Origin: an uncultured virus (IMG/VR IMGVR_UViG_3300009873_000028)
Taxonomy: Duplodnaviria; Heunggongvirae; Uroviricota; Caudoviricetes
Virus record (IMG/VR): IMGVR_UViG_3300009873_000028
Length of the DNA: 64,000 bases
Strand: one strand, 5' to 3'
The notes under the pieces were generated by a model, which saw nothing but the letters and a program-made list of their open reading frames with translations, searched no databases and had not been told where the DNA came from. Shown here in pieces: positions 9,543-18,191 of the stretch; position 1 is the stretch's first letter; the number at the start of each line of letters is the position of its first letter. Made by a program: the position numbers and the translations under genes.

Positions 9543-9912
9543 GCCAACAGCAGAATGGGACGAGGAGCTTAGCTTCGCCCGGGCTGTGCCCGGAGAGGAA
9601 GGTTGTTGTGAAGCGTGCGCTTCAGGCGCCAAGGTGGAGAAGGTACCCTACCTCGAGATCCACATGGCGATGAATTGGGTGGTACTTTGCCCTCGGCACG
9701 AGAACGAGCTTCTTCAGTGGCTGCTCGCTAACTACATCAAGAGGATGAGCAAGAAGAAGCCTGGAATCATCCCCCTGGCCAAGAGCACTACCGAGGGTTT
9801 GGTGGAATGGCTGAAGAGAGACGAAACCGCTGAGGACGCTGAGCAACTCAACTTCAAGGACGAAGCGGACATCCCGTCCGCACAGGAGAGGCTAAACCAT
9901 GACTGGGAGTGA
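9532..9912 (+). CDS. Hypothetical protein with CxxC/CxxH
   Basis: Coupled ORF inside the ligase cluster. Confidence 0.6.
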   Translation: MTSKPTAEWDEELSFARAVPGEEGCCEACASGAKVEKVPYLEIHMAMNWVVLCPRHENELLQWLLANYIKRMSKKKPGIIPLAKSTTEGLVEWLKRDETAEDAEQLNFKDEADIPSAQERLNHDWE

Positions 9913-10288
9913 CAAGCTGACCATCTTCGTCTACGGCTCTTTGAAGAAGGGCTTCTACAATCACCCCTTGCTGGACGTGGAGGGTGTGGAGTTCCTCGAC
10001 ACCGTGGAAATTCCCGGAGTCGTCCTTTACGATCTGGGCTACTACCCCGCAGTGGTTTTAACTCATGGCCCCACCTTGGTGGAAGCAGAAGCCTATCGCG
10101 TGCCTCAGCGGGTGTTTGACTTCCTCAACCGCATGGAGACTGGAGCTGGGTACGACTTCAGCATCTATCGCGCTAACAGCCTGATGGCACCCCAAGGCTA
10201 CATCTGGCATTGGCCGGATGACTTGGAAGGGCAGCGCCCAAAGGTTGATCCTGACCCTGATGGTGTGGCGCGTTGGAGGGAGAAGTAA
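9899..10288 (+). CDS. Gamma-glutamylcyclotransferase (AIG2/GGCT-like)
   Basis: IFVYGSLKKG..NH, LYDLGYYPAV, LNRME motifs. Confidence 0.9.
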   Translation: MTGSDKLTIFVYGSLKKGFYNHPLLDVEGVEFLDTVEIPGVVLYDLGYYPAVVLTHGPTLVEAEAYRVPQRVFDFLNRMETGAGYDFSIYRANSLMAPQGYIWHWPDDLEGQRPKVDPDPDGVARWREK

Positions 10289-10848
10289 TGCAGCTAGAGC
10301 ACGAAGTTTCTATCGAGATGGACGAGGGAGTGGAATACTTCCCTCACTTCGCTGTGGAGTCCACCAGCTCCGGCACGCGGATCGAGGTGCTCTCACCTAT
10401 TTTCGCTGAGGTGCTTGGCAAGCTCCCCAGGAACGAGGTGAAGGGTAAGGGGGCGTGGACAGGCCACACCTTCCTCATCCCATCCCCTGAGCATCTCGAG
10501 GACCTCTACATCAACGCGGGGGGAGGACTCTTCTCCAGCGACGGAGAAACCCCGAACATGGTGTGGATGCTTCACCCAGACCTGGGGGTTGGGGTGACCT
10601 TCGAAGTTCCCGAGCCCCTCAGCGTGAACAACCTGGAGGACTACTTCACTTCCGTGTGCGAGGAGCTGAGAGACTTCTACCTCTCCAAGATCCGCAAGGT
10701 GAAGCTGAAGGCCAAGCTGAGGGACAGAGGGAAGAAGGCGACTGCACTCCGCCAGACCATCAGAGAGGTAGCGCGCCCCCGCCAAGCCTTCGCCTGGACC
10801 AACATGGCGAACGAGGGGGCTCCTCCTCCTCCGGAGCCTCTTCGCTGA
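10288..10848 (+). CDS. Hypothetical protein in ligase cluster
   Basis: TAATG-coupled ORF with GGAG RBS. Confidence 0.7.
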   Translation: MQLEHEVSIEMDEGVEYFPHFAVESTSSGTRIEVLSPIFAEVLGKLPRNEVKGKGAWTGHTFLIPSPEHLEDLYINAGGGLFSSDGETPNMVWMLHPDLGVGVTFEVPEPLSVNNLEDYFTSVCEELRDFYLSKIRKVKLKAKLRDRGKKATALRQTIREVARPRQAFAWTNMANEGAPPPPEPLR

Positions 10849-11516
10849 TGTCCCGCATCGCTAAGGTCGGCTTCGAGATCGAAGGAGGGTGGAAGGGGGA
10901 CCCTAGGGTTTCCCCGTTCGCCGACACCCCTTTGATCGCGGATCACTCTATCAATGGGCAGAGCCTAGGTGGTGCGCCAGCCATTCACGCACCCCATGTT
11001 GGGGAGGTGGTGAGTAAGCCTTTCCCATACGAGGAAGGGGAGTGGAAAGACTGGCTTGTCTCGCACTGGCCTGACGCTGAGCCAAAGGACCGCACCAACC
11101 GCACTTGTGGCTTTCACATCCACCTAAGCACCAAGAGCCTGAGGGACTACTCGCTTCTCAGCTCCAAGAGCTTCTTTTTCGAGTTGAAGGACGAGATGAA
11201 CAAGGTGGGGGAGAGGGTTAAGCTGCCCAAGAAGCACGTGTTCTGGGAGAGGGTGAGGGGGCAGAATCGCTTCTGCACCCCCGAGTTTGACCCCGCGAAC
11301 CAAATGCGAATCAACAAGAAGGGCGGGGCGAATCGTTACGGCTGGCTGAACTTCGCGTGGACCATGCACGGGACCATGGAGTTCAGAGCCCTTCCCACAT
11401 TCCGGGACGCAGCAGTGGGCCTCCGCTTTGCTGAAGCCTACTTCGGCTTCGTTCAGGGTTGGCTGGAAAAGAACCAAGACGTAAAGCTGCGGCGCGAAGC
11501 GCTGCTGGCAGAGTAG
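10848..11516 (+). CDS. Putative amidoligase (Amidoligase_2-like)
   Basis: GFEIEG, DHSI, EVVS, NRTCGFHIH, RYGWLN, GTMEFR; TGATG coupling puts the start at 10848. Confidence 0.85.
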   Translation: MSRIAKVGFEIEGGWKGDPRVSPFADTPLIADHSINGQSLGGAPAIHAPHVGEVVSKPFPYEEGEWKDWLVSHWPDAEPKDRTNRTCGFHIHLSTKSLRDYSLLSSKSFFFELKDEMNKVGERVKLPKKHVFWERVRGQNRFCTPEFDPANQMRINKKGGANRYGWLNFAWTMHGTMEFRALPTFRDAAVGLRFAEAYFGFVQGWLEKNQDVKLRREALLAE

Positions 11517-11531
11517 AAGGAGGGTAGCGCT

Positions 11532-12464
11532 TTGTGCGTAATCTACGTTTGCAGTACTAAGCTTCCTGAGGACTCCGAGCTGACCCGGGGGGCAACCAGA
11601 AATGACGATGGTGCTGGCGTGGCGTGGCTTGGGCGGTGGGACAAGAAGCCCAACGAGCCCGCGGTGCACTGGAAGAAGGGCCTGAAGAACGCCAAGGACG
11701 TGAAGGAGTTCATCCGAGACAACAAGCTGAGCTTCCCGCTTGCGGTGCACTTCCGCACCGCAAGCGTGGGTGGAAAGCACCCACAGCTGTGCCACCCGTT
11801 CCCGGTTTCGCCCTCCGCGGAAACCTGGCTAGAAGGTCACGCTGAGCAGGTGCTCTTCCACAACGGGAGTGTGTTCAACTGGGATGACCTGGTGCTCCAA
11901 GTGGGCCTCCGGTCCACCGAGCGGATTCCCAATGGCCGCTTCTGGAGCGACACCCGAGGTCTCGCTTGGCTTGTGTACATGAAGGGAGAAGGCATCCTGC
12001 CCTTTGTGCTGAAGGAGTCCAGAGTGGCTCTCTTCGACGCAAAACCCGCTAGCTGGGGCCAGGAGGGCTACTCGCCCAAGGATCACTTCGACCTGTGGGG
12101 CACCTGGATCCACAAGGATGGCTTTTCCCAGAGCATCTCCACTGACTCCTACAACCGGGGAGGCACCGTTTACTCCTCTCGTCGAGCTATGAGTGGCTAC
12201 CGCCAGGACTGGGAGATGGAAGACGAAGAGGTGGTGGATTGCTCCTCGGTGCAGTGCGGACTGCCGCAGGCTCCTGAGCCTCCGAAGCCCCCGGAGCCGA
12301 CCAAAGAGGAGAGTTCCGACCGGGAGAGGGCGTGGAAGCTTCTCCGTGGAGGCGTGGACGACCCCACCTCCGTGGAGGATGTGTGGCCGTTGGACCAGCT
12401 GCGGGCCATCCTGGCTGCTATGAAGAGGGAGCAGGCGAATGCGAAGATTGCTGCCGGAGTTTAG
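11532..12464 (+). CDS. Class II (Ntn) glutamine amidotransferase
   Basis: Cys2 nucleophile, NDDGAG, HFRTASVG, CHPF, LFHNG, SDTR. Confidence 0.9.
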   Translation: MCVIYVCSTKLPEDSELTRGATRNDDGAGVAWLGRWDKKPNEPAVHWKKGLKNAKDVKEFIRDNKLSFPLAVHFRTASVGGKHPQLCHPFPVSPSAETWLEGHAEQVLFHNGSVFNWDDLVLQVGLRSTERIPNGRFWSDTRGLAWLVYMKGEGILPFVLKESRVALFDAKPASWGQEGYSPKDHFDLWGTWIHKDGFSQSISTDSYNRGGTVYSSRRAMSGYRQDWEMEDEEVVDCSSVQCGLPQAPEPPKPPEPTKEESSDRERAWKLLRGGVDDPTSVEDVWPLDQLRAILAAMKREQANAKIAAGV

Positions 12465-12942
12465 CAACCTTCCCAAATACGTTAGGGTAAGGGCCATTCA
12501 AGGTCCTCCTCCGCCGAGGGAGGTGGGGAAGCCCCTTCGGGAAAAGATCCGTGCTGCAGAGTTCGAGGGAAAGATTCCCAAGCTCTTCATCACCAAGCAG
12601 CAACAGTTGCTTTGCATCCCCAAGGAGCACCCTGGCTACTCGCCGGAGGAGAACCGCCTCAACTTCTGGGCTGTGAGGTTGGGGAACGTGAGTTCGGTCG
12701 TGGTGGAGGTGGTGGACATCTCCCTCACGGAGGACGACGCCAACTACACTACCTACGCAAAAAGCGTAGAAGAGCATCGGAGGACCAGGAGGACCACCTA
12801 CCTGGACGACAACCAGCTGGAGAGGGCTGAAGCACGCGAGAGAGCGGGCGAGGCCCCTCCACCTGAGGACGAGGAAGTTCACGAGGAAGAAGAAGAAGAG
12901 TTCTTCGACGACATCGTAGAGGACGAGGAGGACCAGCCATGA
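12439..12942 (+). CDS. Hypothetical protein with highly acidic C-terminus
   Basis: Ends EDEEVHEEEEEEFFDDIVEDEEDQP. Confidence 0.7.
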   Translation: MRRLLPEFSNLPKYVRVRAIQGPPPPREVGKPLREKIRAAEFEGKIPKLFITKQQQLLCIPKEHPGYSPEENRLNFWAVRLGNVSSVVVEVVDISLTEDDANYTTYAKSVEEHRRTRRTTYLDDNQLERAEARERAGEAPPPEDEEVHEEEEEEFFDDIVEDEEDQP

Positions 12943-13619
12943 TACTGCTTATGGATAAGCACTCCCAAACTGGAGAAGCCTTTGAGCGGGCCCTAAGAAC
13001 AGAGGGGCTAGACCACACCAACCCACCACTGAGGGTCAATTGGACTGGTGGACGGCAAAACTACGGCTTTCCTGTCCCGGTGCTGAATGCCCTGAGCCGC
13101 ACAAACAAGCTGAGCCAACTCATCAGGCTTGAGATGCAGGGAGTTCCTGTGCCGGAGTGGCGGGTTTTCCCACCAGCTACGGGCGAAGCCCGTAGCTGGT
13201 TCGCCCGGAGCGCGAACCACCAGCAAGGCTCGGACTTCCGGCGCACCGTTCGTGCGCCGGACTTCTGGACCAAGTACCTCGACATCTCGGAGGAGTGGAG
13301 ACTTCACTTCTTCCGGAGCCCCCGAGGTGGGCTCCGGCTTCTGCGTTCCGCGCAGAAGGTCCCGAAGAGCAATGCGCACCCTTTCATCCGTTCGCACAAG
13401 CTCGGGTGGAAGCTGAGCTACACAGGTGGAGCACCTGCGGAGCTGCGAGCCGCTGCGCGGCGCGCTGTGGAAGCTTTGGCTCTCGACTTCGGCGCTGTGG
13501 ACTGCGGGCTAACCAACGGCCAGCCCGTGGTGTTGGAGGTGAACACCTGCCCAGGACTGGAGGGTGGCACGCTCCAACTCTACGTTGAGCAAGTGATGAG
13601 AAGGGTGGAGGCGTTGTGA
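12939..13619 (+). CDS. ATP-grasp ligase (RimK-like C-terminal motifs)
   Basis: EWRLH, LDFGAVD, VLEVNTCPG. Confidence 0.85.
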   Translation: MILLMDKHSQTGEAFERALRTEGLDHTNPPLRVNWTGGRQNYGFPVPVLNALSRTNKLSQLIRLEMQGVPVPEWRVFPPATGEARSWFARSANHQQGSDFRRTVRAPDFWTKYLDISEEWRLHFFRSPRGGLRLLRSAQKVPKSNAHPFIRSHKLGWKLSYTGGAPAELRAAARRAVEALALDFGAVDCGLTNGQPVVLEVNTCPGLEGGTLQLYVEQVMRRVEAL

Positions 13620-14116
13620 GAACTCACTACATTTGTACTAACTGTGGCGCTAGCGTCCGTTGCTTGGACGTGGCGAACAACCTAGGGCTAGTCCTGCAGA
13701 TCCAGGCACCGGAGCGACCAACAACAACATACGCTCTAGGCTGTGCTCTATGTTATGGGAACGCTCCACTCTTCGATCGGGGCATGGCGTCCGCTGGAGC
13801 TGCTTGGTTTTGCGCCACCTGCTTGGTGAATCAGAGCGCTTCCTCAGCCTTCTGGCAAAGGGAGTGGGAACGCCGCTGGGGCTACCTCCCCGGTGGGCAA
13901 GTGCTCTCGGCACAGCAGCAGGGGTTCCGGCTCTACTCCAAAAACACTGTGGGGGATAACGGCTTCTGCATCACCCGCAGGTGGCGACATGGAACCACCG
14001 ACGGAGATGTGAGGATGATCCTTCCGGTTGGCACGTGGCAACCTGCCGTCGAGCTTTTTGTGCTTCCTCCAGGAGCTGTGCTTTGTGGCTGCAACACTTG
14101 TGAGAGGCTGCGATGA
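13616..14116 (+). CDS. Cys-rich hypothetical protein
   Basis: Several CxxC pairs, coupled to neighbours. Confidence 0.6.
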   Translation: MRTHYICTNCGASVRCLDVANNLGLVLQIQAPERPTTTYALGCALCYGNAPLFDRGMASAGAAWFCATCLVNQSASSAFWQREWERRWGYLPGGQVLSAQQQGFRLYSKNTVGDNGFCITRRWRHGTTDGDVRMILPVGTWQPAVELFVLPPGAVLCGCNTCERLR

Positions 14117-14745
14117 GCTGGAAAGAGAAGAAGAAGGAGCTTTCACTCCCTCCCACCAAGGAGAACCTGGAAAGGCTTCATACTTTCCTTGGAAAGCGCT
14201 TTGATACTTACTCGTGGCGCGGGGGGGAGTACGTTAAAGATTCCGTCAAGGAGATGCTGTTGGCTGACCCCCTCTACCGCGTGCTGGCGTACTGGGAGTG
14301 TGCCCAGCGCCGCTCGGGATTGAGCGTTTTCACCTTCTCGGGAGTTTTCCAGGAGCACCCGAAGGAGCTGCTCCGCGACCTTGGAAAGTTCAACATGGAT
14401 TATTGCGGGGCCACCAAGCTACCCATCTACTACGGCGCCGGGCAGCTGCTGCCGCCCGGGAACTTTACGCCTGGCTATTACCCCGAGGCAATAGACCTGG
14501 AAGCGAAGCTGGTCGAACTTTTCGGAGATAAGTGGAGGAAGATTTCTCGGCACTTCCAACGAGCGGACACTTCCACAAGTGGCCACTTGGCTGACTACGA
14601 GTGGCAGGCACTCAGGGAAGCGGGGTGGTTGAAGGCTTTCCCCCTTAAGACCCCTGAGTACCGCAGGGAGAGGGCGTGGCTTGAGAAGGCTGACTTGGAG
14701 TTCCAGAAAACGTGGGAACCCTATCAGGACGAGGACTACTATTGA
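14113..14745 (+). CDS. Hypothetical protein
   Basis: ATGA-coupled 210 aa ORF. Confidence 0.7.
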   Translation: MSWKEKKKELSLPPTKENLERLHTFLGKRFDTYSWRGGEYVKDSVKEMLLADPLYRVLAYWECAQRRSGLSVFTFSGVFQEHPKELLRDLGKFNMDYCGATKLPIYYGAGQLLPPGNFTPGYYPEAIDLEAKLVELFGDKWRKISRHFQRADTSTSGHLADYEWQALREAGWLKAFPLKTPEYRRERAWLEKADLEFQKTWEPYQDEDYY

Positions 14746-14770
14746 AATGGCTTTGGTACGCCGGAGGCTT

Positions 14771-14801
14771 AGCAGTCCTAGCCCTTTGGCTAGGACTGCT
14801 T
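14771..14801 (+). terminator. Intergenic hairpin (terminator or processing site)
   Basis: AGCAGTCCTAGCC-CTTT-GGCTAGGACTGCT perfect 13-bp stem, weak U tail. Confidence 0.5.
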
Positions 14802-14865
14802 GGGCGGCTGCGCCGGCCCAAGCCTTGCGAAGACCCAGAGTGCGTTTTTTGCAGAGGTGAGGAAG

Positions 14866-15051
14866 ATGAAGAAGCCTAACATGTTTAGCCGCAACTACGA
14901 CATAGCCCTGGCGTTGCAGAAGGCTCGCACCTGGACTAACTGGCCACAGATCAATCGTCTAACCCTCCAGCTTGCTGACATCCTGGAGTTGGATGGTGGG
15001 GAGAAGGCCAACTTCATCGCTGTGGCGCGAGCCTACAAGGATCAGCCTTGA
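14866..15051 (+). CDS. Small hypothetical protein
   Basis: GAGGA RBS, MKKPNMFS... Confidence 0.6.
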   Translation: MKKPNMFSRNYDIALALQKARTWTNWPQINRLTLQLADILELDGGEKANFIAVARAYKDQP

Positions 15052-15089
15052 GCACTTACTTCTGGGCTGACCTGTGCTAAACTGTTTAC

Positions 15090-15428
15090 ATGAGGACAGG
15101 AAGACCTAGAACAGACCCCGCAAAGCGCTTTGATGCCTTGGTTTCTACTACTGCAAACAACTCTGGTTGTTTGCTTTGGTTAGGAAGTCGTTACTCCAAC
15201 GGCTATGGACGCTTCAGAGAAACACCTACCAAACGTGTACTAGCGCATCGTTTCGCTTTCCAACTAGCGCACGGGAAGCAGGCAAAAAGATGGGTTCTTC
15301 ACAGGTGCGGCGTGAAACACTGCGTAAACCCCGCCCACCTGTACGACGGTACGCCCGCTGAGAATTCAAGGGATTGGGTTCTTAGCCCCACGTGGAAGAA
15401 ACGGGGAAAGGGCAGAAAGGCGGTGTGA
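15090..15428 (+). CDS. HNH homing endonuclease
   Basis: CLLWLG..GYG..AHRFAF..VLHRCG..CVNPAHL..GT..EN. Confidence 0.9.
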   Translation: MRTGRPRTDPAKRFDALVSTTANNSGCLLWLGSRYSNGYGRFRETPTKRVLAHRFAFQLAHGKQAKRWVLHRCGVKHCVNPAHLYDGTPAENSRDWVLSPTWKKRGKGRKAV

Positions 15429-15430
15429 AT

Positions 15431-16005
15431 ATGTCGACCTTCTTTTGGGCCGACACGTGACGCACTTCAACCACCAAGGCATACTCTCTTACACCTCCCG
15501 TCCCTTCAAGCACATCGTGGAGATGAATGCTTGGCTTACCGACACCTGGAACTCCAAGGTCACCAAAGAGGGAGACAACGTGTGGCTCCTGGGAGACTTC
15601 GGCTTCCACCACTCGGAGGGGGAAGACCTCTTCCAGCTCTTCTGGCGGCTGCGGGGGCGCAAGCACCTCATCGTGGGAAACCATGACGAGAAGAACCCTC
15701 AGGTTCTGCGGCTCCCCTGGGAGAAGGTGGAGAGGCTTTACACGTTTAAGGAAAACAAGCGGAGAGCGGAGCTGTGCCATTACCCCTTGGAGACCTGGAA
15801 GGGGAGCCACCAGGGAAGCCTGATGCTTCATGGGCACTCCCACGGAACGCTTAAGCGAAAGCTGAAGGGAAGGTGGGACGTGGGGGTGGACACCGAGGTG
15901 GGGCGTGAGGGGCCGGTGGAGTTCGAAAGGCTCCTGGAGCTTACCGCTGGGGAGAAGTTCGTCCCCACTGACGCGCATGGGGATGGGGTGAAGGGGGACA
16001 TGTGA
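15431..16005 (+). CDS. Calcineurin-like phosphoesterase with disrupted 5' end
   Basis: MSTFFWADT-stop (15431-15460), then in another frame THFNH..LGDF..GNHD..CHYP..LHGHSH..DVGVD. Confidence 0.8.
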
Positions 16006-16164
16006 AGTGGGATAGCTTTGTCGAAGAGGTGGTGGAGATCGCGGACTGGTCGGTGGAGTGGTTCATGGGCTTTCTCCTGATAACCTTAACCGCCCCAGTT
16101 TGGATTCCAGTAGCAGTGTTTGTGGGCCTGAGGCGGTTGGTGCGGAAGCTGAAGGCGACCTAAA

Positions 16165-16280
16165 GCAGCCGTCCGTCCCGGGGGGCCTAGAGCCCCCCGG
16201 GGGCTGCTAGGAGCGGCTTCTTCGAAGCCGTAAAACTTAAGGCTTTCCTTCTTCATTCAGCTCCCCCTATATATAGGGGG
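16165..16280. other. Palindrome cluster, candidate replication origin
   Basis: Three inverted repeats including CCCCCTATATATAGGGGG, in non-coding DNA near the helicase. Confidence 0.45.
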
Positions 16281-16346
16281 CCTGAAATATAGAGAAATGA
16301 ACTTTCAACTTCTTCTCCTTCTGCAGCTTAGCGTCTTCAGGGGGTC

Positions 16347-16766
16347 TTGATTTTCCAGCCTGAAAACTGGTATGCTCCCGACATGAAAAAGAAGCAATAT
16401 TACGGCAACCTGATAGCCCCCTGTGCCTCATGCAAACAAGTGAAGAAGCTTCGTTCAAAGGTTCGAGGACTCTGTGGGCACTGCGAGTCACAAGCAAGGT
16501 ACGGTACCGCTTTTTGGCGGGAAGAGAAGAAAACCCTTCCGGAGCGGTCCAAGGAAGCGTGCGCCATTTGTGGGCGTGTGGCTCATCTTGTGCGTGACCA
16601 CGACCATAACTTGGGATGTCATCCAAAGAAGGGTTACTGCTCTCTCTGCAGGCGTGGATTACTCTGTGGTCCTTGCAACGCTGGGCTGGGGATGTTTCAA
16701 GACTCTCTTTGGCTTTTGAAGAAGGCCCAGGATTACCTAAAGAGCTACAGCCCTAAAGTTAACTAG
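16347..16766 (+). CDS. Endonuclease VII-like homing endonuclease
   Basis: CAICG..DHDH..RGLLC..CNAGLG. Confidence 0.85.
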   Translation: MIFQPENWYAPDMKKKQYYGNLIAPCASCKQVKKLRSKVRGLCGHCESQARYGTAFWREEKKTLPERSKEACAICGRVAHLVRDHDHNLGCHPKKGYCSLCRRGLLCGPCNAGLGMFQDSLWLLKKAQDYLKSYSPKVN

Positions 16767-16835
16767 CTAGCTAACTTACTTTCCTTCAGGGGGGTCCTAG
16801 CAAAAGGCCGTTTTAGGGGCACCTAAAGCTTTACT

Positions 16836-17780
16836 TTAACTTCCACTCTCGGCCCCGACATCCTTCCTCCCCAGCCACTCCACCCCAGGGAAAGCCCCGT
16901 GCTCGATGATCTGCCTTAGACGGTAGGCAGTAGACTCGGACTTATGCAAGATCCGTGCCAGCTCCTTATCAAATGCCCCGCCTTGCAGGGCGGAGCCGTG
17001 GCGTAGCTCATAGGCTACGTAAAGCTGCTCGAACTTCGGGCAGGTTAAGCTGGACCCATCCTTCGGATCGAGAAACAGGCCAAGAGGCCCGTAGAGCTGG
17101 CTGATTTGGCTCTTCTCCATGCTCAACCTTAGGTTGATCCCTTCCAGCTCCGACTCGTGGCGCTGAAGGGCCAGGCCTATCTGCGCGTCGTTGAGCCAGT
17201 TCATAGCCCCGGAGAAGTTCTCCTTCGTCCGGGTGTGGTTCCCGTTTGCGTCCACCTGAGTCTTTTTGGTGTGATGCACAAAGAGCAAAGCAGCACCAGG
17301 AAACTGGTGCTGGAAGTACGAGTAAACTTCTGCCACAGTCTGAGGTTCTTTGTCGTTCAGGCTGTGGGCCTTACGTAGTGTGTTCACTACGACGAGGTCG
17401 TACCCTTCAGCAGCAGCTTGATCAAGCATAGCTTGATCAGCTGACTGGGGCTGTGGGGCACTGAGAGGGGGAAGGAAGAGAAAGTCCACCCCTGGCGCAG
17501 GGCGCAAAGCCTTGAGCCTCTCATGCACGAGACGCTGCGGGGTGTCCAACTCCAGGTAAAGCACTTTTCCCTGGTACGCGGGCAACCCACAGAAGTTGTC
17601 TCCTCTGCCGATGGCAGCAGCAAGGTGCCATCCAAGCGGGCTTTTGCCCGTGCTAGTCTCCCCCCAAAGGAATGTGATCCCTGCCCTAGCGATGTAAGGT
17701 TCCACCAGCCAGGCAGTTTCCTCGAACTCCTTCTTCTGGAACTCCTCCCAGGAAACGAGACACCTGGTGTCTCTACTCAT
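16836..17780 (-). CDS. AAA_25/RepA-like helicase
   Basis: WLVEPYI, Walker A GETSTGKS, VLYLELD, LFVHHTKK, FSGA. Confidence 0.85.
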   Translation of the reverse strand: MSRDTRCLVSWEEFQKKEFEETAWLVEPYIARAGITFLWGETSTGKSPLGWHLAAAIGRGDNFCGLPAYQGKVLYLELDTPQRLVHERLKALRPAPGVDFLFLPPLSAPQPQSADQAMLDQAAAEGYDLVVVNTLRKAHSLNDKEPQTVAEVYSYFQHQFPGAALLFVHHTKKTQVDANGNHTRTKENFSGAMNWLNDAQIGLALQRHESELEGINLRLSMEKSQISQLYGPLGLFLDPKDGSSLTCPKFEQLYVAYELRHGSALQGGAFDKELARILHKSESTAYRLRQIIEHGAFPGVEWLGRKDVGAESGS

Positions 17781-17973
17781 CTCCAGCAATAGCCGCCAAG
17801 GTAGCTGCTTCTATTTTGTCGTTGCCCTCCAGTGTGGGATTCTCTAGCTCATACTTGCACTCGGGGCAGACTTTAGGAATCTCTTCGCTTCTCGGGTACC
17901 ACCCATACTTACAGTGCTCACAGAGCAGATGCAGGTGACGCTTAAAAGTTTTTCGGAATGTTGTCTTCGCCAT
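17773..17973 (-). CDS. Small zinc-ribbon protein
   Basis: CEHCKYGW..PKVCPEC; AGGAG RBS. Confidence 0.7.
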   Translation of the reverse strand: MAKTTFRKTFKRHLHLLCEHCKYGWYPRSEEIPKVCPECKYELENPTLEGNDKIEAATLAAIAGDE

Positions 17974-18191
17974 TGCGCTCCTTAGGTGAGGGGCGTATAT
18001 TACCTGTTACGTAGAAGGTTTTCAAGGAGGAACATGGACGAGCTTGAGAAGCTACGTCGAGAAAACGCCAAGTTGAAGCGGGAGCTAGAAGAAGCCAAGA
18101 AGAACCTGAAGCAGGCAATCAAAGAAGGTTGCGACTGTGATGTCATGAACGGCTACGGATGCCGCATCCACAGACTGGAGCTATTGCTCGG

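Noticed and set aside
9795..9830. CTGAAGA..GAAAC hammerhead-like core
   Set aside because: Inside a CDS; stems I and II do not form
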